Both the position numbers and the translations under genes were made by a program. Positions 8,441 to 16,358 of a stretch of DNA of 32,000 bases are shown here, one piece after another (position 1 is the first letter of the stretch; every line of letters begins with the position of its first letter). The stretch spans positions 2,940,001-2,972,000 of the forward strand of contig NC_013202.1 of NCBI RefSeq assembly GCF_000023965.1, read 5' to 3'. Origin of the DNA: Halomicrobium mukohataei DSM 12286. Its GTDB lineage: Archaea > Halobacteriota > Halobacteria > Halobacteriales > Haloarculaceae. The notes under the pieces are model-generated. The model was not told where the DNA came from and ran no database searches. It saw only the letters and a list, made by a program, of their open reading frames with translations.

Positions 8441-8647
8441 GCTCGCTCTCACTGCGTTCGAGCGAGTGAACCGGCCGACCTGCCGGGTCCTGACGGACCG
8501 CTCGGTCGCCCGGATGCTTCCGGTGATCAGTACAGGGAATAGGAACAACACATCGGTAAGAAATTGTTGAATTCGCACGCGGATTGAACATCCGGTTCGC
8601 CCGAGAGGCGCTGCGAAGCAATTCACGCAGAGACGGAAACGGGCGTC

Positions 8648-9991
8648 TCAGACCAGACTGGAGCCGTCGAACTCCGTCCTGTCGAAGTCCACGTCCATCA
8701 GGTCCAGAATCGTCGGCGCGATGTCGTAGAGGTCGGCGTCGCTGATCCGGGCGTCCGGGTCGTCGACGAACAGCGTCGCGTTGTCGAAGCTGTGCATGCC
8801 GTTGCGCGGGCCGACGCCGAAGACGTCGTCCGAGCCCTTGAAACCGGCCTTGAGGTCGAAGCCGTGGTTCGGGACGACAGTCAGGTCGGGCGCGATCTCG
8901 TCGTGGTCGCCGCGGTAGGCCTGTTCCTTGGTGACGACGCGGTCCGCGACGGGGTTGCCGTCGGGACCGGTCAGGTTCTCCAGCTTCTCCCGGAGCTCGT
9001 CGCGGACGGCCTCGTACTCGTCTTCGGGCACGGAGCCACGCGGCTCGCGGCCTTCGAGGTTGATGTAGAAGCGACCGGGGATCAGGGAGTACGCCTTCGT
9101 CGACTCGTCGATGTCGCCGAGCGTCTCGTGGTCGTCGTCCTCGTAGGTGAGCCACCCCTCCTCCTGGAGCCACTCGTTGAGGTGGACCTCGTAGTCGAGA
9201 CTGGTGAAGCCGTGGTCGGAGGCGACGACCATCGTGACGTTGTCGGCCAGCAGGTCACGGAGCCGTCCCAGGTAGTCGTCGACCTTGCGGTAGAACTCCA
9301 GGAACTCCTCTTTGTACTCGCCGTCCTCCTCGTAGTGTTTGAACAGGAAGTGGTTCACCCGGTCGGTGGTCATGAAGACGCCGAAAAAGAGGTCCCAGTC
9401 GTCCTGTTCGATGTAGTGTTTGAACGCTTCGAAGCGCCGGTCCAGAGTCTTGTGTGCGTCTTCGATGAACTCCTCTTTGTCCTCGCTGTGGCCGAGCTTG
9501 GCGTTGACGTCGATGCGGTAGTCGTTGTCGTCGAGGTAGTCTCCGAGTTCGTCGGGATAGGCGGCGTCGTCGACGCCCGGCGAGAGGAATCCGGAGACCA
9601 TCCGCTGGACGTTGCGCTGGGGCGGGAACGTGACGGGGACGTTCAGCACCGTCGCGTCGCCGCCGTCGTCTGCGACGCGGTCCCACAGGCGTGTTGCCTG
9701 CACGTCGCGGCCCATCGGAACGTAGGTGTCGTAGGAGCCGATCTCGCGGTCCTGAAAGCCGTAGACGCCGGTCTCTCCGGGGTTGACGCCGGTCGTCAGC
9801 GCCGGCCAGCACGCGCTGGACTCCGGTGGAACGATGCTGTCGATCGGTCCGGCGGTGCCGTCCTCGGCGATCGCCGCGAGGTTCTCGAACTCGTCGTAGT
9901 GGTCCGCGATCAAACTGTGCGGTACCCCGTCGACGCCGAAGAAGGCGACTCGGGGTCCGTCGTCGCCGCGAATACGGTCGAACAGGCCCAT
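8648..9991 (-). CDS. Alkaline-phosphatase-superfamily phosphodiesterase/nucleotide pyrophosphatase-like protein
   Basis: Motifs FFGVDGVPHSL, PPESSACWPALTTG and MVVASDHGF are typical of the type I phosphodiesterase/NPP family. ATG at 9991 verified; the track start at 10018 is TTG. Confidence 0.8.
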   Translation of the reverse strand: MGLFDRIRGDDGPRVAFFGVDGVPHSLIADHYDEFENLAAIAEDGTAGPIDSIVPPESSACWPALTTGVNPGETGVYGFQDREIGSYDTYVPMGRDVQATRLWDRVADDGGDATVLNVPVTFPPQRNVQRMVSGFLSPGVDDAAYPDELGDYLDDNDYRIDVNAKLGHSEDKEEFIEDAHKTLDRRFEAFKHYIEQDDWDLFFGVFMTTDRVNHFLFKHYEEDGEYKEEFLEFYRKVDDYLGRLRDLLADNVTMVVASDHGFTSLDYEVHLNEWLQEEGWLTYEDDDHETLGDIDESTKAYSLIPGRFYINLEGREPRGSVPEDEYEAVRDELREKLENLTGPDGNPVADRVVTKEQAYRGDHDEIAPDLTVVPNHGFDLKAGFKGSDDVFGVGPRNGMHSFDNATLFVDDPDARISDADLYDIAPTILDLMDVDFDRTEFDGSSLV

Positions 9992-10067
9992 GTCACCTCG
10001 TTCATCGTTCGGGGACAAGAAGCTTCTTTTCGCGGCCGAGTCGGGTGTGCGTCACCGGAACCGGCAA

Positions 10068-10220
10068 TCACTGCTCGGGCTCGGCGGGGTCGTCGTCGGC
10101 CGACGAGGAGTCGTCGCGATCGAAGTTCGCCGGAACGACCGTCAGGTGGTTCATACCGACTGTCTGTTTCGTAGCCATCACGGGAGACAGTTCACCCTCG
10201 AAGGTCAAGTAATTACCCAT
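10068..10220 (-). CDS. Possible small acidic protein (50 aa; 36 aa if it starts at ATG 10178)
   Basis: MGNYLTFEGELSPVMATKQTVGMNHLTVVPANFDRDDSSSADDDPAEPEQ. G/C-rich third positions in the distal half. An AT-rich patch (gattaattatgatta) lies just upstream. No homology recognised. Confidence 0.3.
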   Translation of the reverse strand: MGNYLTFEGELSPVMATKQTVGMNHLTVVPANFDRDDSSSADDDPAEPEQ

Positions 10221-10362
10221 AATCATAATTAATCGGCAAGACGGACCGCCATTACTCCGGAACATGCAAGCGCCGTGTCTGTTCGATTCCCGCAGCGATG
10301 GCTGGGTGGACGGATCGTACCACCTCGCAAAAATAGCGGAGTCGAACAGCGACGCGGCTCGC

Positions 10363-10899
10363 TTACGCGATCTGCTCGTCGTACAGCTCCTGGGCGTGTT
10401 CGATCGCGTCGTAGGCGGCCTGCTTGTCCTCCCAGCCCAGCGTCTCGACTTCCTTGCCGGCCTCGAGGTTCTTGTAGGTCGCGAAGAACTCGTCGATCTC
10501 GTCGAGTTGCTGCTGTGGGATGTCGTCGAGGTCCTCGATGTGGTCGTAGCGCGGATCCTCGCTCGGGACGGCGATGACCTTGTCGTCTTGCTCGCCGTCG
10601 TCGTCCATCTTCATCAGAGCGACCGGACGCGCCTCGATGATACAGCCGGGGAACGTCTGGTCCTCGACGAGGACGAGCACGTCGAAGGGATCCTCGTCGT
10701 CGTAGTACGACTGCGGGATGAAGCCGTAGTCCGACGGGTAGTGGACGTTGCTGTGGAGCACGCGATCGAGGACGACGCCGGGAACGTCCTTGTCGTACTC
10801 GTACTTGTTGCGCTCGCCTTTCAGGCACTCGACGACCGCGTAGATCTCTTCTGGCGGGTTCGGACCGGTTTCGAGGTCTTCCCAGAGGTTCGTCATCAT
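10363..10899 (-). CDS. ppa: Inorganic pyrophosphatase, family I
   Basis: NLWEDLETGP, ECLKGERNKYEYDK and DEDPFDVLVL motifs. ATG at 10899 or 10896 (tandem Met, verified). About 177 aa, as expected for family I. Confidence 0.93.
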   Translation of the reverse strand: MMTNLWEDLETGPNPPEEIYAVVECLKGERNKYEYDKDVPGVVLDRVLHSNVHYPSDYGFIPQSYYDDEDPFDVLVLVEDQTFPGCIIEARPVALMKMDDDGEQDDKVIAVPSEDPRYDHIEDLDDIPQQQLDEIDEFFATYKNLEAGKEVETLGWEDKQAAYDAIEHAQELYDEQIA

Positions 10900-11107
10900 C
10901 GGCGACTCCGACGGGCGTCCAAAAAGTACTTTCGTAATCAACTACGACTACCGAGAGGAAGCGCAAGACGACGGGTATTTCCCCGCCGGTGATATTCGCT
11001 GGTGATAACAACACCCGTTATTTGGAATATTTTCGATACACTGACGCAGCGACCACGACGGCGCAGTCTCTCGGTAACGCGCCGACCTGCGAGCGAGTTA
11101 ACAAGTG

Positions 11108-11114
11108 TTAAATA
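11108..11114 (+). promoter_or_regulatory. TATA-like box (ttaaata) for the PadR-family gene
   Basis: Centred ~26 nt upstream of ATG 11137, in an AT-richer divergent spacer shared with ppa. Confidence 0.4.
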
Positions 11115-11136
11115 GCTTGATGACATTCAGCTAACC

Positions 11137-11496
11137 ATGTCAGAGGCACAAACCAAAACTGACACACCCGGTATCGCAAGTGAATTGACGGCGTTCCAGC
11201 AGAACATCCTCGTCATCCTCTCCGAAGAGCCACGCTACGGGCTGGCCATCAAGCGAGAGCTGGAGAGCTACTACGACGACGAAGTCAATCACGGGCGTCT
11301 GTACCCGAACCTCGACGACCTCGTCGAACTCGGCCTCGTCGAGAAGAGCGAACTCGACAAGCGAACGAACCAGTACGGACTGACCGAAGCGGGGAAGGAA
11401 GCTGTGCTCGACCAGCTTTCGTGGGTCTTCGGGAAGTTCGTCACCGAGGAATCGCGCGCCGAAGAACTCCGGGACCTCGTCCAGCAGCACGAGTAA
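11137..11496 (+). CDS. PadR-family winged-helix transcriptional regulator
   Basis: YGLAIKRELE...HGRLYPNLDDLVELGLVEK...DKRTNQYGLTEAGKE matches the PadR wHTH pattern. ATG verified. Confidence 0.85.
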   Translation: MSEAQTKTDTPGIASELTAFQQNILVILSEEPRYGLAIKRELESYYDDEVNHGRLYPNLDDLVELGLVEKSELDKRTNQYGLTEAGKEAVLDQLSWVFGKFVTEESRAEELRDLVQQHE

Positions 11497-11507
11497 GAAA
11501 CACGATC

Positions 11508-11524
11508 CCCCGAGTCACTCGGGG
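11508..11524. terminator. Perfect 7-bp hairpin at a convergent gene junction
   Basis: ccccgag-tca-ctcgggg. The loop tca is the stop codon of the minus-strand gene. It lies 12 nt after the PadR stop. Its functional role in archaeal termination is unproven. Confidence 0.25.
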
Positions 11525-12111
11525 TGATCGCTGCCGAGTGGGTACGGCACGTCCATTTTTTCGAAGGTGCGACGAAGTGACTCGTTCAACAGCGACGCCT
11601 GCCGGTCGTCGGGCCAGACGTTGCGCTCGAAGTAGTCGTCCCGAAACTCGACGAGCTCTGCCCGCGTGAGGTCCTCGATCGGTTTCGCGTAGTGGTTGCT
11701 CGCGAAGTCCGCCAGCGCGCGGGCGTTCGCTGCGTGGACCTCGCCGTCGGCGTCGGCGACCGCTGCGACGAGTTCGTCGTTGTGTTCGGCTACGACCGCC
11801 CAGTCGCTCCCCTCGCCGGGACCGGACAGCGGCCGTTCGATTCCACGGTCCACGTCGTCGATCCGGTCCGGATGGATCCGTCCGTCGGAGGCCCACTCGC
11901 GCGGGTGACAGACGAGCACGTCCCTGGCGTCGTCTTCGCGGACCCGAGCGGTGTACTCGTGCTCGGCGAGCAGTTCGTCGCGCTCGTCGCGGTAAGCCCG
12001 CGCTTCCGCGTCGTCGACGGCGTCTCTGGCCAGTCGGGTGAGTCGCTCGGCCTCGTCGACCACGTCGGTCGGCAACGCCGAATCCGTCGTCGAGTCGTCG
12101 TGTTCAGGCAT
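11515..12111 (-). CDS. Conserved acidic hypothetical protein co-transcribed with RNase HI
   Basis: ATG at 12111 verified; it overlaps the rnhA stop (12104-12106) by 8 nt. The product is acidic and 198 aa. I recognise no catalytic motif. Confidence 0.75.
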   Translation of the reverse strand: MPEHDDSTTDSALPTDVVDEAERLTRLARDAVDDAEARAYRDERDELLAEHEYTARVREDDARDVLVCHPREWASDGRIHPDRIDDVDRGIERPLSGPGEGSDWAVVAEHNDELVAAVADADGEVHAANARALADFASNHYAKPIEDLTRAELVEFRDDYFERNVWPDDRQASLLNESLRRTFEKMDVPYPLGSDHPE

Positions 12112-12697
12112 CGTCGAGTGCCTCGTTGGCCAGTTCGTCTGCGCGTGCGTTAATCTCTCTCGGTACGTGTTCGATCGACCACTCCTCGAAGGCCATCAGT
12201 CCCTCGCGGGCGTCGACGCGGTGCTCTCGGAGTTCGGGATCGTTCGTGTTCCACTCCCCGCGGACCTGCTTGACGATCAACTCGGAGTCGCCCCGGAGGC
12301 GGATCTCGTCGAACCCGTGATCGCGTGCGACTTCGAGCACGCGAAGCAGCGCCCGGTACTCGGCCTGGTTGTTCGTCGCGGTGCCGATCCGCTCGCCGCC
12401 GTCAGCGACGATTCCGTCGTCGGTCACGAGCACCCAGCCGACCGCGGCGGGGCCGGGATTCCCGCGCGAGGCCCCGTCGAAGTACGCGTGGACCCGCCCG
12501 CCGTGTTCGCGAAGGAGCCCCTCCAGCCGGGCCGTGTCGCCGCCCTGGACGACGACTTTCCCCTCGTAGGCGACCGCCGTCCCACCACCGTGGCTCGCCC
12601 GCCACTCCTCGTGGTCGGTGTTGCCCGCCTCGACGGTGACGCCCGCCGCTTCGAGGCGTTCGCGAGCCCTCGTCTCGTCGCACTCGATCGTCGGCAT
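12104..12697 (-). CDS. rnhA: Ribonuclease HI (type 1) with an N-terminal extension
   Basis: DEDD pattern YFDGASRGNPGPAAVGW, TNNQAEYRALL, LRGDSELIVKQ and INARADELAN. ATG at 12697 verified; the track start at 12841 adds an Arg-rich non-coding-looking leader. Confidence 0.9.
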   Translation of the reverse strand: MPTIECDETRARERLEAAGVTVEAGNTDHEEWRASHGGGTAVAYEGKVVVQGGDTARLEGLLREHGGRVHAYFDGASRGNPGPAAVGWVLVTDDGIVADGGERIGTATNNQAEYRALLRVLEVARDHGFDEIRLRGDSELIVKQVRGEWNTNDPELREHRVDAREGLMAFEEWSIEHVPREINARADELANEALDDA

Positions 12698-12868
12698 CGT
12701 CTCGTTGATCACCGACGGATCGATAAAACGCTTCCCTCTCCGAGACCGGCGGCGGGTCACGGCACACGTGTGCCGCGTCGTGCGGCGGGACACGCCGCGG
12801 CGACGCCCAACCGCCGGCTGGCGAGAGTCCAGAACCACCAAGTATGGTGGTGGTCGTACAGGCTACCG

Positions 12869-13345
12869 ATGGCACTTTCCGAGGAGGCTCGCGACCGGCT
12901 CGCCGACATCGTCGAGCTCCAGCCCACGAAAAACGCGGATCTACAGGATCGGTGGGGGATGGACAGCGGGAGCGAGGTCCACCAGTACCTCGAAAACGAG
13001 CTCAAGGAGTACTACTACCGCGACGAGAGCAGCCTCATCTGTGCCACGCCGGAGGCCGTCGAGGTCGTCGGCGGCGATCCGGCAGACGGCCAGCAGGTGA
13101 CGGTCACGGAGCTACAGCAGGCGGTGATCGACTGTCTGGCCGGCCCGGACGAGGAGAGCCAGAGCGTCGTCTCGGTCCTCCACGACCTGCGCGAGGCGGG
13201 CCACGACCCCGAGGTGGACGACGTTCGATCCGCGCTGCGGTCGCTCGCGGACAAGGGGATCGTCGAAACCGTCCAGAAGACCGTCCCGACTTTCCGGCTG
13301 GCCGTCGAACACGAGCGGATCGACGTGGCACAGCTCGACGACTGA
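12869..13345 (+). CDS. Small acidic protein with winged-helix-like modules (haloarchaeal conserved unknown)
   Basis: In-frame ATG at 12869 verified. MALSEEARDRLADIVELQPTKNADLQDRWG... and ...VRSALRSLADKGIVETVQK resemble wHTH recognition helix plus wing. The upstream part of the track ORF is the antisense of rnhA. Confidence 0.75.
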   Translation: MALSEEARDRLADIVELQPTKNADLQDRWGMDSGSEVHQYLENELKEYYYRDESSLICATPEAVEVVGGDPADGQQVTVTELQQAVIDCLAGPDEESQSVVSVLHDLREAGHDPEVDDVRSALRSLADKGIVETVQKTVPTFRLAVEHERIDVAQLDD

Positions 13346-13346
13346 T

Positions 13347-14414
13347 TCACCCGGTCCCGTCGTCGAGGCCGGGTCTGTGACGCCGTCGCTGGTCGTCGAG
13401 CAGGCGTCTGATCCCCGCGCCGGGTCCGCCGTCGATGGGCCACCCGCCGGTTCGCCAGGCCGGTGGTTCGGGCTCGCACTCGCGACAGCCCGAACGACAC
13501 GTCGACGGCGTCGGCACTCGTTCCTTCGCTTCGCAGTACGGTACGACGCTGTCGCCCTCGGTCCGGAGCTGGAAGTGCCGACAGTCCGGGCGCAGCGAGT
13601 CCGCGTAGGCCCGCCAGCCCCGTTCGTAGGCGCGTTCCGCGATCGAACGCCGCTTCTCGGCCTTCCACTCGGGATCGACGTACTCGAAGCGCGCGGCGCT
13701 CAGGTCGTCGTCGGGTCGCTCCACGATGCGCGTGCCCGGCTCCGAGACCGCGAGAGACTGGGGGTACCACGCCACGTCGGCCTCGACCGTCGACGGATCG
13801 ACCGTCAGGACGCCGGCCGCCGCGGGCAGATCCTCCAGCAGGATCGGTTCGATTCGCTCGTCGGTCCGCTCGGTCGCGACCCACACCTCGTCGGCCAGCC
13901 CCAGCGCCACGTCCCGTTCGAGCTGGGGCGCGAGCCTGCGGGCAGCACTCGCGTCCAGATCGGGCTTGTTCTCGATGGCGACGATCCGCTCGATCCAGTC
14001 GGGGTAGGCGTGCCGCCGTCGAATCTCGATCCGGTTGCCCCGCTTGCGCCGGTCCAGAACGCCGCGGTCGGCGGCCGTGTGGATCGCCTCGCGGACGTAC
14101 CGCCAGGGGTAGCCGGGGTCGGGCAGCGCGTCCCGGTAGTACGCCCACTCGGTGGGCGCGTGTCCGAGGACGTGACGGAGGTCCGAATCGAGTCGCTGGC
14201 GGCCGAAGTTCGCTCGCTGGCGGAGTCCCGCGGGATCGCACTCGACGACGATCGTGTCCCAGCGGCGTCGCTTCGTGCCCAGTTGCCGAGCGACGAGAAC
14301 GGGGCTGTCGCGGTCGCCGTCTGGCGGCCACGCTCGCTCGGCCCACTGGCAGACGTGCAGTTCGAAGGCGAACTCGGAATTGGCCACGGCCAGACGTGGC
14401 TCCCCAGCCAGCAT
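13347..14414 (-). CDS. Conserved hypothetical protein with a PD-(D/E)xK-like motif, wHTH-like insert and C-terminal Cys cluster
   Basis: ATG at 14414 verified. Motifs are EFAFELHVCQW, RRWDTIVVE, IVAIENKPD (ExK after a beta-strand-like stretch), and C-terminal CRHF..YCEAK..TCRSGCRECEP. Confidence 0.75.
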   Translation of the reverse strand: MLAGEPRLAVANSEFAFELHVCQWAERAWPPDGDRDSPVLVARQLGTKRRRWDTIVVECDPAGLRQRANFGRQRLDSDLRHVLGHAPTEWAYYRDALPDPGYPWRYVREAIHTAADRGVLDRRKRGNRIEIRRRHAYPDWIERIVAIENKPDLDASAARRLAPQLERDVALGLADEVWVATERTDERIEPILLEDLPAAAGVLTVDPSTVEADVAWYPQSLAVSEPGTRIVERPDDDLSAARFEYVDPEWKAEKRRSIAERAYERGWRAYADSLRPDCRHFQLRTEGDSVVPYCEAKERVPTPSTCRSGCRECEPEPPAWRTGGWPIDGGPGAGIRRLLDDQRRRHRPGLDDGTG

Positions 14415-14486
14415 AAGTGACTCGCTGGTAGAATGGCCTGGCCGGTTCGGCCCACTGCACGAATCTGACGGGTATAGATCACGAAG

Positions 14487-14492
14487 ATTTAT
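14487..14492 (+). promoter_or_regulatory. TATA-like box (atttat) for the RDD gene
   Basis: Centred ~29 nt upstream of ATG 14519. Confidence 0.4.
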
Positions 14493-14518
14493 CCTGCGAT
14501 AGGCTGCACCCAAAGTGT

Positions 14519-14971
14519 ATGCAAAAGCATCCAAGTGGCGACCTGAATCGGAAAGCTGGCATCGGCTCGCGGTTCCTGGCGTTCTTGCTCGACAGTCTCC
14601 TCGTCGGTTTCGTGGCGGGGATCCTCGTCAGTGTCCCAATATTTGCCCTCGGATTCGGTTCCGACAGCGGAGCGGTGTTCGGACTCATGGCGGTCCTCCA
14701 GCTTGTGAGCGTCGCACTGGTGGTCGGGTACTTCTTCGTCTTCGAAGCGGTCTATGGCTACACGTTGGGCAAGTACGTGCTCGGGATCGTCGTCACTCGC
14801 GACGACGGCTCGCCGATCGGCTGGTCCGAATCGATCATCCGAAACATCCTGCGGATCGTCGACGCGCTCCCGACGCTGTACTTGCTCGGTGCGATCCTCA
14901 TCTTCGCGACCGACGACGAGCAGCGCCTCGGCGACATCGCCGCCAACACGGTCGTCGTCAAGCGGGCCTGA
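14519..14971 (+). CDS. RDD-family membrane protein
   Basis: GSRFLAFLLDSLLVGFV, three hydrophobic segments, and TRDDGSPIGW..RLGDIAANTVVV, typical of the RDD family. ATG verified. Confidence 0.8.
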   Translation: MQKHPSGDLNRKAGIGSRFLAFLLDSLLVGFVAGILVSVPIFALGFGSDSGAVFGLMAVLQLVSVALVVGYFFVFEAVYGYTLGKYVLGIVVTRDDGSPIGWSESIIRNILRIVDALPTLYLLGAILIFATDDEQRLGDIAANTVVVKRA

Positions 14972-14984
14972 CCGCCAGACCGAA

Positions 14985-15410
14985 CTACTCCGCTAGCTTC
15001 TCGTCGAGGAACTCGTGAGCCTGTTCGAGGATCTCACGAGGACCGTCCTGCGTAACGGTGTTGATCGCCTGCTCGTAGTCGCGCCACTGCAGGTCGCGGT
15101 GTTCGTTGGACAGCTCTGCCGATGCCTCGTAGGACTTCGCGACGAACAGGTGCACCGTCTTGTGGATGGTGTTGCCGTTCGCCTCGAAGACGTAGTCGTA
15201 GTCTTCGCGAAAGCCATCTAACAGCCGGAAATCGCCGATTCCGGCTTCCTCTTTCACTTCGCGGATGGCGGTCTGTTGTAGCTCCTCGTCTCCTTCGACC
15301 CCGCCCTTGGGGAACTCCCAGTCACCGGGTCTGCTCTTGAGCAGCAGGTACTCCCGCCGGCCACGCGTGTCGCGAAAGAGGATGGCTCCCGCGCTCGTGG
15401 CCTCGATCAT
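14985..15410 (-). CDS. NUDIX hydrolase
   Basis: Nudix box GGVEGDEELQQTAIREVKEEAGI (Gx5Ex7REUxEExGU). ATG at 15410 verified. Confidence 0.9.
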   Translation of the reverse strand: MIEATSAGAILFRDTRGRREYLLLKSRPGDWEFPKGGVEGDEELQQTAIREVKEEAGIGDFRLLDGFREDYDYVFEANGNTIHKTVHLFVAKSYEASAELSNEHRDLQWRDYEQAINTVTQDGPREILEQAHEFLDEKLAE

Positions 15411-15635
15411 TAGCGTAGCTTAGACCGGCCCTACTTATGAGGATATCGGAGCGACGACGGCCAGACGGACACCCGCCGCGGGCACGATCGGTCCACCACG
15501 CCGGGACTCGCCCCCTCTGTGCCGTCCGTGTGCAGCGTCGCCAGACCGGACTGGCGGCCCTCGTCACGACCGCGGGCCGACGGTCCCGACCGCGATGCGA
15601 CACTGTTTTGATCGTGGTTTCGTATGCAAAAACGT

Positions 15636-15797
15636 ATGCCGTACATGTCGGCCGACGACTTCTCGGTCCACGACGACGACTGCGAGAAACAGGAGAGCGA
15701 CTGGATGCCGCTCTCGGACCTTCCCGACGAAGTCACGTCGATCGACGACCTCGACTGCGAGTGCTGGGCGGACTACGAGTCGCTGTCGGAGATCTAG
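15636..15797 (+). CDS. Small, very acidic Cys-containing protein (53 aa), below the track's length cut-off
   Basis: Hand translation gives MPYMSADDFSVHDDDCEKQESDWMPLSDLPDEVTSIDDLDCECWADYESLSEI*. Nearly every codon ends in G/C. A T-rich patch (gttttga) lies ~28 nt upstream. An in-frame ATG at 15624 is an alternative start. Confidence 0.5.
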   Translation: MPYMSADDFSVHDDDCEKQESDWMPLSDLPDEVTSIDDLDCECWADYESLSEI

Positions 15798-15850
15798 TCC
15801 GGTCCGAAAGCGAGCCCTTTTGAGCACGCTCGCCGACACAAACACCAGAG

Positions 15851-16177
15851 ATGCCCTTCGTGACGAAACTCACACTGGAGAGCGGAGATCGACGGCGTCT
15901 GGACAGCGTCGTCGACGAGATCAAAGAACAGGCCGAACGGAAGGGTGTCGAGCTCAAGGGGCCACACCCGCAGCCACCGGACCACCTGCGCGTGCCACAG
16001 TCGAAGACGCTCGGTCCCTCGGGCGGACGCTTCGAGTCCTGGGACTACACCGTCTACACGCGCACGATCGAGATCGTCGACCACGAGGAGTTCGCCCGCG
16101 CGGTCGCGGGCCGCGAGTTCGACGACGGGATCCACGTCGCCGCCGAGGTCGAACAGCGCAGTCATCTGGGTTCCTGA
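15851..16177 (+). CDS. uS10-fold (ribosomal protein S10-like) paralogue, stand-alone
   Basis: KLTLESGDRRRLDSVVDEIKEQAERKGVELKGPHPQPP..RVPQSK....FESWDYTVYTRTIEIV follows the S10 pattern (K.rl.s.D...ld......a...g....GPiPLPt). It is not in a ribosomal operon. Confidence 0.75.
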   Translation: MPFVTKLTLESGDRRRLDSVVDEIKEQAERKGVELKGPHPQPPDHLRVPQSKTLGPSGGRFESWDYTVYTRTIEIVDHEEFARAVAGREFDDGIHVAAEVEQRSHLGS

Positions 16178-16214
16178 CGGGACCCAACAGGAGAGACCAC
16201 AGGCCCCGATCAGT

Positions 16215-16236
16215 ATTTTCCCGCTTGGACGTTCGG
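16215..16236. repeat. Possible degenerate left-arm copy of the palindromic element
   Basis: attttcccgcttggacgttcgg compared with the element's left arm ctttttcccgctcgggttcg. It lies ~38 nt after the uS10-like stop. No right arm was found. Confidence 0.3.
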
Positions 16237-16326
16237 CACAGACGCACAGCCGGTAGCACCAGCGACGGCAGCCGTCACCGCCCCGAAGCCGGGACCGCCG
16301 TCCGGCGCAGGCCGTCTAGACCACGA

Positions 16327-16332
16327 TTTTTA
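16327..16332 (+). promoter_or_regulatory. TATA-like box (ttttta) for the aldo/keto reductase gene
   Basis: Centred ~29 nt upstream of ATG 16359. Confidence 0.45.
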
Positions 16333-16358
16333 TGTGAGTAGAAAATCGTTCACAACAC

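Noticed and set aside
10021-10045. cttcttttcgcggccgagtcggg, which vaguely resembles an arm of the palindromic element.
   Set aside because: Only short blocks (tttt, gccgag, cgg) match. There is no partner arm and no central hairpin. It lies in a 5' region rather than at a gene 3' end.
15411-15635. GC-rich ~220-nt spacer between the NUDIX gene and the small acidic ORF, with an imperfect direct repeat ccgcgggcacgatcggtcc (15476-15494) / ccgcgggccgacggtcc (15570-15586) and a small hairpin ccag-accgga-ctgg.
   Set aside because: The repeat needs an indel and is of low complexity for this GC content. There is no coding signal and no recognisable RNA motif. It could be a regulator-binding region, but I cannot support anything specific.
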